A stretch of DNA of 63,819 bases, counting the filler, from Bdellovibrionota bacterium (lineage in GTDB: Bacteria; Bdellovibrionota; Bdellovibrionia; Bdellovibrionales; JAEYZS01), in the NCBI GenBank assembly GCA_963169515.1. It is 6 parts of 6 records of this genome, joined end to end, with 100 filler letters (N's around TTAATTAATTAA, not from the genome) between each part and the next. Parts side by side here need not be neighbours in the genome. Positions count along the whole stretch, not along the records: positions 40,682 to 60,858 come from CAUJEF010000082.1; positions 60,959 to 63,819 come from CAUJEF010000085.1; 4 more parts are not named here. One strand, written 5' to 3'. A program made the translations under genes and the position numbers. Below are positions 57,873-63,819 of the stretch, piece by piece (position 1 is the first letter of the stretch; each line of letters opens with the position of its first letter). Below the pieces are notes generated by a model, which searched no databases, was not told where the DNA came from, and saw only the letters and a program-made list of their open reading frames with translations.

Positions 57873-58688
57873 TTACTGCTTTTTGGTCCGGGCAAAGTAT
57901 CGTGGATCGAACCTGATAGCGAAGGCGTAATGCAAATGAATTTTTCCGTCTTCAGACACAATTTCTTTTGGTGGGTTGATGAAGGGCGCGGCAGCTTTGA
58001 TGCCGTCTTTCGGGGCTAAATCGAGGGGCTGTGAGCCAGATGAATTTACAATGACCGCTTTTTCGAAATTCCCCTTTTTATCTAATAGTATTTCCAGTCG
58101 CGTCGACCACAGGTCTTTATTTAAACGCAACAGCTCGATAATTACAGGGTCACCTAAATAAGTGCTGACTCGACGTAGCCATTCATAACGAATTTGTGGG
58201 GCAATCCGGTCATAAAAAGAAGCGTAGATCGAGTAGTCCGTGTTCAGTAACGTGACTGAGCCGTATTGAATTTTATCTAATACGAAATTGAATTGTGACT
58301 GGATGTCTTGAGTATATTCAAGAGTAGGCAGAGCTTTCGGAACACGAAGCCCTTCGCCGAGGGCGATTTCTTTTAGAGGTTTTGTTTTTGGTGGCCTATA
58401 GCCATTTTGAAAATTACCAAGGTGAGGACTGACAGTTTCCTTCGGTACACGATTGGTGTTTGATCCTAAAAACTGTGCTTCTTTTTGTGGTTTTGCTTCA
58501 GTTGGGTTCTGAAGTGTTTGGACCAGGTTTTTTGAATTTTGGTTGATAACTTGAACTTCAATCGTGGGGTTATTTACGATGTTCGAAGTGTGCCTAAATA
58601 CCGGCATTTGGTATAGACCGATTACAAGCAGCAGATGAAAAATGAAGCTGCCTGCAACTGCCTGAAATTCCTTGTTATTATCCATCAT
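57873..58688 (-). CDS. TonB C-terminal domain protein
   Basis: Transmembrane S..FH motif; SSG...LD.A...I..AAPF.NPP. Confidence 0.78.
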   Translation of the reverse strand: MMDNNKEFQAVAGSFIFHLLLVIGLYQMPVFRHTSNIVNNPTIEVQVINQNSKNLVQTLQNPTEAKPQKEAQFLGSNTNRVPKETVSPHLGNFQNGYRPPKTKPLKEIALGEGLRVPKALPTLEYTQDIQSQFNFVLDKIQYGSVTLLNTDYSIYASFYDRIAPQIRYEWLRRVSTYLGDPVIIELLRLNKDLWSTRLEILLDKKGNFEKAVIVNSSGSQPLDLAPKDGIKAAAPFINPPKEIVSEDGKIHLHYAFAIRFDPRYFARTKKQ

Positions 58689-58729
58689 TACAGCCCGTCT
58701 ATAGTGCTTATTAGACTCGATAAAACGCC

Positions 58730-58756
58730 TAAAGTTGAGACATTTTCATCCGATAA
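58730..58756 (+). promoter_or_regulatory. Sigma-28-type promoter
   Basis: TAAAGTTG-N11-TCCGATAA upstream of the PilZ gene. Confidence 0.65.
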
Positions 58757-58815
58757 GTCTTCATGAGTCAAGCTAGGGTCGTCTGCGGCGACCCATAAGA
58801 CAGTCCGGGGGGAAT

Positions 58816-59331
58816 ATGTCTAAAGGGAATGTGATTGATATTTCTACGCATTTGAAAAAGCGTGGGAAATCTAACAAACAAGAAGATGGCAAAGCGCAGG
58901 TATTAGATATGGTCGAGCGCCGCCAGGCCGCGATCACCGAAGAGCGCCGCTCGATGAAGCGAACCATCTTAACAGAGTTTATTGGATTTAAGGTTGTCAT
59001 TCCCGAGAGAGGGCTTCTGGATGATGTTTCGCTCTATGATGTTTCTTCAAAAGGGCTTGCATTTGAACATGAAGCAAAACTCAATGGTCTTTCTGTCGGC
59101 AGCGAAATTGCGGCACGAATTTATTTAACTCAAAACAGTTATTTTCCGTTCACGTTGAAAATCACGAATATTCGCTTTCAGCAAGATGAAGGGGTCTATC
59201 GCTATGGTAGCGTGTTGTTGAAAGAAGATCATAACAAAGAAGCGCTTGGATTTTTTATTAAATTCATCGAGAGTGTCAGCCCGTCATTGCGAAATGACAA
59301 AGGTGATCTCGTAACGCGCATTTTCCGATAA
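58816..59331 (+). CDS. PilZ domain protein
   Basis: RSMKR (RxxxR) and DVSSKG (DxSxxG). Confidence 0.75.
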   Translation: MSKGNVIDISTHLKKRGKSNKQEDGKAQVLDMVERRQAAITEERRSMKRTILTEFIGFKVVIPERGLLDDVSLYDVSSKGLAFEHEAKLNGLSVGSEIAARIYLTQNSYFPFTLKITNIRFQQDEGVYRYGSVLLKEDHNKEALGFFIKFIESVSPSLRNDKGDLVTRIFR

Positions 59332-59424
59332 AGCCCATTTTTCACTTGTTTCTGAGATTGGATTCACTAAACTGAAATGGTATTGATCTAGCATTTTGAT
59401 CAAAACCGACGGAGGATCCTCTTT

Positions 59425-60762
59425 TTGACCGACAACCCAGCGAACTACGAACGTCACATTGTTATTGATACGAACATAATTCTCTTCGACGCCCAGGCGA
59501 TTTTTAAATTTAAAAACTCTTGCCTGTACATTCCGATGATGGTCATCGAAGAAGTTGATACATTTAAGCGCGAATTGGGCGAAAATGGACGAAACGCGCG
59601 TCAGTTTTCCCGCTTTATTGATACTTTGCGCGAGGAAGGCTCGCTTGCTGACGGCGTGAAGCTTGAAAAAAGTGCATCGCTTTTGATTGTACACACGTAC
59701 TCTAACGGAGCCATACTCCCGAAAGACTTGGATCCTGAAAAAGCGGACACAAAAATACTGGGCACAGCTCTCGAGCTGCAAAAAAAATACAAACGCGATT
59801 CTGTTGAGCTAATTTCAAAAGACATTAATTTGCGCATCAAAGCAGACGTTTATGGTATCACAGCAAAAGACTACGAGCCAGATAGCATTGCAATTGAAGA
59901 ATTGTATGCGGGCTACAAGGAAATTGAAGTAGACCCAGCGGTCATCGATGAATTTTATGATAAAAAATTTTTGCAGATGCCAGAATCAACATTTCTTTCA
60001 AACCAATATGTAATCATGAAAGATAAGCACAATTCTAACCACAGTGCGATTGCTCGCTTCAGTCAAGAAAAGCAAGGCATGGTTCCGCTGATTCACTTAA
60101 ATGAAAGTGTGTGGGGGATTTTCCCGCGGAACGTGGAGCAAAGCTTTGCCTTAGATTGCTTGTTAAACGATGACATTAAAATGGTGAGTTTGGTGGGCAA
60201 AGCAGGGACAGGGAAGACTCTAATTGCGCTCGCCGCGGGCTTAGCAAAAACTTTGGACGAAGGAAAATATCACAAGCTCCTCGTGAGCCGTCCAATTTTC
60301 CCAATGGGTCGGGATATCGGTTATTTGCCTGGCGATGTAGAACAAAAACTAAACCCATGGATGCAACCGATTTTCGATAACGTGGAATTTTTGATGGGCT
60401 CTGACAATTCTCAGAAAAAAGCAGCGGGTCGCGCTCAAGAATTGATTAATCAGGGTATGCTCAATATCGAGCCTCTTACATACATTCGCGGTCGCAGCAT
60501 TCCAAAGCAATATCTGATTGTGGACGAAGCACAGAACTTAACCCCTCACGAAATCAAAACGATCGTAACCAGGGCCGGGACGGGGACAAAAGTCGTTCTT
60601 ACAGGCGATTGTTACCAAATTGACAACCCATATGTTGATTCGGCGAATAGCGGACTTACGTACGCTGTAGAAAAATTCAAGGGCCAGATGATCGCGGCCC
60701 ATGTCACCTTATCTAAGGGCGAGCGCTCCGAACTCGCCGAACTCGCCTCAAACCTATTATAA
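59425..60762 (+). CDS. PIN-PhoH (PhoH2/YlaK-like) protein
   Basis: IDTNI, SKDINLR.KA, GKAGTGKT, GYLPG, RGRS, DEAQN, GD..QID. Confidence 0.92.
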   Translation: MTDNPANYERHIVIDTNIILFDAQAIFKFKNSCLYIPMMVIEEVDTFKRELGENGRNARQFSRFIDTLREEGSLADGVKLEKSASLLIVHTYSNGAILPKDLDPEKADTKILGTALELQKKYKRDSVELISKDINLRIKADVYGITAKDYEPDSIAIEELYAGYKEIEVDPAVIDEFYDKKFLQMPESTFLSNQYVIMKDKHNSNHSAIARFSQEKQGMVPLIHLNESVWGIFPRNVEQSFALDCLLNDDIKMVSLVGKAGTGKTLIALAAGLAKTLDEGKYHKLLVSRPIFPMGRDIGYLPGDVEQKLNPWMQPIFDNVEFLMGSDNSQKKAAGRAQELINQGMLNIEPLTYIRGRSIPKQYLIVDEAQNLTPHEIKTIVTRAGTGTKVVLTGDCYQIDNPYVDSANSGLTYAVEKFKGQMIAAHVTLSKGERSELAELASNLL

Positions 60763-60858
60763 GGTGGTGCCCAGCACCCACAGATCAAAAAAAGGAAAAA
60801 AATTTGCAAGGACACACAAAAAATTTAAAAAAAAAAAAAAAATAAAAAAAAAAAGAAA

Positions 60859-60958
60859 NNNNNNNNNNNNNNNNNNNNNNNNNNNNNNNNNNNNNNNNNN
60901 NNTTAATTAATTAANNNNNNNNNNNNNNNNNNNNNNNNNNNNNNNNNNNNNNNNNNNN
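60859..60958. other. Artificial contig linker
   Basis: N44-TTAATTAATTAA-N44. Confidence 0.98.
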
Positions 60959-61153
60959 GTTTCTTTAATGGATGGAAGGTATGGTCCCTATGTTAAGTGG
61001 GGGAAAGTTAACGTTTCCCTTCCTGAAGACCAAAAACCTGACAAATTGACTCTTGATCTTGCTTTGAAGTTGATTGCTGCCAAAAATGGTAACGGTGGAA
61101 AAAAGGGCGGAAAAAAGGGCAATAGCAAAGGTAGATCTAGAAAAACAGCATAA
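60959..61153 (+). CDS. topA: DNA topoisomerase I C-terminal repeat, 5'-truncated
   Basis: DGRYGPYVK.G..N.SLP...LTL..AL.LI plus Lys-rich tail. Confidence 0.75.
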   Translation, partial: VSLMDGRYGPYVKWGKVNVSLPEDQKPDKLTLDLALKLIAAKNGNGGKKGGKKGNSKGRSRKTA

Positions 61154-61259
61154 GTAACAGACACTTATATGCTTTCAAAAACACTTGAAAATACCCTCTT
61201 TAATAGATGATAATGGCACGCATCAAACTTGCGTTGATGATGGCTATTAATGAGGGCGA

Positions 61260-62096
61260 ATGAAGCAATTAGAACTTCAGATTGGGCGTGAAAAGGAGCC
61301 TGACCGTAACCATAAACATGGCGGTCGGAGTTTTTATTTTTTTGATTTAGACGATAATGTCTTTTTTCTGAGCACTCCAATTTACGTTTTTGATAAGCAT
61401 ACCGGGCAAGAGCTTGGTTTAAGTTCGCGGCAGTGGGCGCTTCATCATCATGAGATTGGAAAAATCGGTCCGTACGAAAATTATTTTATTGATCCTACGG
61501 ATCAAGGAAGCTTCCGTCGTTTCCGAGACTCAGCCCAATGTGAAAGCCAACCTTTCCAACAGGATTTGCTTCAAGCGTTAAGGACGGCAGAGGTGGAATG
61601 GAAAGGTCCCTCATGGACCACATTTTTCCATGCGACTTTTAATCAGCGTCCGATTGCAATCATCACAGCCCGCGGTCATGCTCCGGAAACAATAAAAGAA
61701 GGCATTGATCTTTTTGTAAAAGAAGGGCATCTGCCCATCGCTCCGAACTATTTAAAAATTTATCCTGTTTCAAACCCGACTGTTATGAGCGAACTGCAAC
61801 CGGACGGCAAAGCTCTTTCGGTTGCAGAGTTGAAGCTCAATGCCATATTGGATTCGGTTGAGCGCGCAATGCAGGCCTACGGTTTTAGTGTTCATCATCG
61901 TTTTGGAATGTCTGACGACGATCCAAAAAACCTTGAGCTCATTTATGAGGCAATGCGCATTCTAAAAGGGAGATATCCTGAGAATTCATTTTTTGTCATT
62001 CAAACAAATGACTCCGGTTATGTTAAGCAGGAAGTGTTTTTGAACCGCATTGAAACTCAACCTTTTAACCAACCGCCTCAGCTCAGCCTGTTTTAA
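61260..62096 (+). CDS. HAD-like hypothetical protein
   Basis: FFDLDDN, ITARGH, K, GMSDDD motifs in HAD order. Confidence 0.6.
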   Translation: MKQLELQIGREKEPDRNHKHGGRSFYFFDLDDNVFFLSTPIYVFDKHTGQELGLSSRQWALHHHEIGKIGPYENYFIDPTDQGSFRRFRDSAQCESQPFQQDLLQALRTAEVEWKGPSWTTFFHATFNQRPIAIITARGHAPETIKEGIDLFVKEGHLPIAPNYLKIYPVSNPTVMSELQPDGKALSVAELKLNAILDSVERAMQAYGFSVHHRFGMSDDDPKNLELIYEAMRILKGRYPENSFFVIQTNDSGYVKQEVFLNRIETQPFNQPPQLSLF

Positions 62097-62178
62097 TTTG
62101 ATCTGGACGTTAGTCGCAGCACAATATATTGAAAATAAACCGATAGAGGTGATACAAATAAAGTCTTTAGGAGCCACC

Positions 62179-63819
62179 ATGTTCAATCTCAAAACGATAT
62201 CCAAGCTTCTGTTATCGCTTATTTTTGTATCTCAAGGTAGTTTCGCCGCTGAAGCGCAAGTTAAAAAGCCAGATCAGCCCAGTCTTCCAACGACAATTAA
62301 AAACAAACTGTTTTCAACCAAAGAAGAGGATCGTCGCAGTAATCTGTCATGTCCATATGTATTTTTGATTATGAACGCAATGCTAAGACAGCATATGTTG
62401 TACGACAAGTTTTCAAGCCAGCTCGAAAAGCATACGATCGAGCAGTACATTAAGAGCATCGATCCACTTAAAACGTACCTGCTGCAGTCGGATGTCGATC
62501 TTATTACAAAAGACTTAAAGTCGATGGAAAAATGGCTTGGAGGACAAAACTGTGAGCCAATTCTAACTGTCCAAAATATTTTAAAAGAACGTGCGGCAGA
62601 ACGCCGTGATTTTACAAAACAGTATTTGGGCAAGGAATTTAAAATCGATAAAACAACTTCGATTCAACTTGATTCCGAAAAACGTCCCTTTCCAAAGACA
62701 AAAGAGGAGCTGAACGAATTTAATAAAAAGTATTTGCAGTTCCAAGTCGCGAACTTTGTAGCGTCAGACATGAAGCTGGAGGAAGCGAAAAATAATGTAA
62801 TTCGTCGTTACGAGCGCACAGTAAAGCGTTTGGAAGACCAAAAAGAAGATGAAATCTATTCGAACTTTTTAAACGCATTTGCGGGTTCGCTGGACCCACA
62901 TTCGAATTATTTATCTGCGGATGATCTTGAGGATTTTAATATCTCAATGCAGCTTTCATTGGAAGGTATTGGGGCCACACTGTCCAATCAAGATGGATAC
63001 ACCGTGATCGAACAGTTGATTGCTGGTGGCGCGGCCGAAGCCTCTGGCCAGCTGGAAAGCCAAGACAAGATTATTGCCGTTGCTCAAGGAGAAAGTAATA
63101 ATTTTGAATCCGTCATCGATTTGCCATTGCGTGAAGTGGTTCAAAAAATTCGTGGAAAAGCAGGGACAAAAGTGCGCTTGAATATTTTGAGAAAATCACC
63201 AGACGGCATGAAAAATTTTAAGGTTACATTGAGCCGAAGAAAAATTAATTTGGAGGAAGAAGCTGCGCAAATCAGCTACATCGACAAAGATATCAACGGC
63301 AAAAAACGTAAATTTGGAATTTTGAATTTGCCGTCATTCTACCACGACAGTAGCAAGAAAGATGGACGGTCTGCTTACAAAGATGTGAAACGTCTTTTGA
63401 AAGAAGCTCAAGACAAAAAAGTCGATGGATTAGTTCTAGATTTGTCTTCCAATGGTGGCGGCAGTCTGGATGATGCTGTAAAATTGGCGGGTTTATTTTT
63501 TAAAACTGGAAATGTTGTGAAAACCCAAGGTCGTCCAGACATTCCGTCAGATACATTAGCTGATAGTGATCCTGAAGTAAATTATTCAGGACCGCTTGTT
63601 GTGCTGACAAGCCGCTTAAGCGCTTCGGCATCTGAAATTGTGGCAGGGGCACTGAAGGACTACAAGCGGGCGATCATAGTCGGTTCGGATCATACATTTG
63701 GAAAGGGAAGTGTTCAGCAGGTACTTCCGCTTCCGCGAAAATTGGGTGCTTATAAGGTTACAATCGGCATGTTCTTTGTACCCGGCGGCAATTCAACACA
63801 ACACCGAGGTGTAGACGCA
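62179..63819 (+). CDS. prc: S41 carboxyl-terminal processing protease (Prc/Tsp-like), 3'-truncated; missing from the ORF track
   Basis: AGGAG SD and ATG at 62179; signal peptide; LDPHSNY, LEGIGA (PDZ), NGGGSL, SASASEI, TFGKGSVQ; open to the window end. Confidence 0.88.
   Translation, partial: MFNLKTISKLLLSLIFVSQGSFAAEAQVKKPDQPSLPTTIKNKLFSTKEEDRRSNLSCPYVFLIMNAMLRQHMLYDKFSSQLEKHTIEQYIKSIDPLKTYLLQSDVDLITKDLKSMEKWLGGQNCEPILTVQNILKERAAERRDFTKQYLGKEFKIDKTTSIQLDSEKRPFPKTKEELNEFNKKYLQFQVANFVASDMKLEEAKNNVIRRYERTVKRLEDQKEDEIYSNFLNAFAGSLDPHSNYLSADDLEDFNISMQLSLEGIGATLSNQDGYTVIEQLIAGGAAEASGQLESQDKIIAVAQGESNNFESVIDLPLREVVQKIRGKAGTKVRLNILRKSPDGMKNFKVTLSRRKINLEEEAAQISYIDKDINGKKRKFGILNLPSFYHDSSKKDGRSAYKDVKRLLKEAQDKKVDGLVLDLSSNGGGSLDDAVKLAGLFFKTGNVVKTQGRPDIPSDTLADSDPEVNYSGPLVVLTSRLSASASEIVAGALKDYKRAIIVGSDHTFGKGSVQQVLPLPRKLGAYKVTIGMFFVPGGNSTQHRGVDA

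Noticed and set aside
60781..60858. Long A-rich tract and the Lys-rich ORF 60701-60910
   Set aside because: Low-complexity run at a contig end, most likely poor read quality.

Overview
Bacterial draft/MAG sequence made of six contigs joined by artificial 100-nt linkers (44 N + TTAATTAATTAA + 44 N at 10812-10911, 23914-24013, 28219-28318, 40582-40681, 60859-60958), so adjacency across linkers means nothing. Gene content points to a Bdellovibrionota-like predator (inference): an FHA-GGDEF DgcB-like cyclase with an EKTS tail, a fibre adhesin, a 'FQNC' lipoprotein, Flp/Tad genes and sigma-28-type promoters. Most of the window is housekeeping: folD-gcvT-gcvH-tRNA-Leu, purMN, LPS genes, lysS-tilS-ftsH-cdaA-cdaR-glmM-pdxJ-nnr-tsaE, rlmN, pgi, nrdJ, kup, corA, phoH, prc. 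Best leads: (1) a ~230-bp element present twice (23622-23853 and 29375-29605). It encodes a 46/53-aa basic-hydrophobic peptide behind a structured leader and hides a near-consensus sigma-28 promoter on the antisense strand; stems are conserved and loops are copy-specific. This suggests a type I toxin-antitoxin-like system whose antisense RNA is under flagellar/attack-phase control. (2) A translationally coupled DGC Cys protein - U32 (TrhP-like) - chorismate mutase operon, possibly a prephenate-supplied tRNA hydroxylation module. (3) A 200-bp fold-back element upstream of nrdJ. (4) REPIN-like long palindromes. (5) A MenAT1-like tRNA-modifying TA pair directly behind tRNA-Leu. All calls come from reading motifs by eye; no database searches were run.
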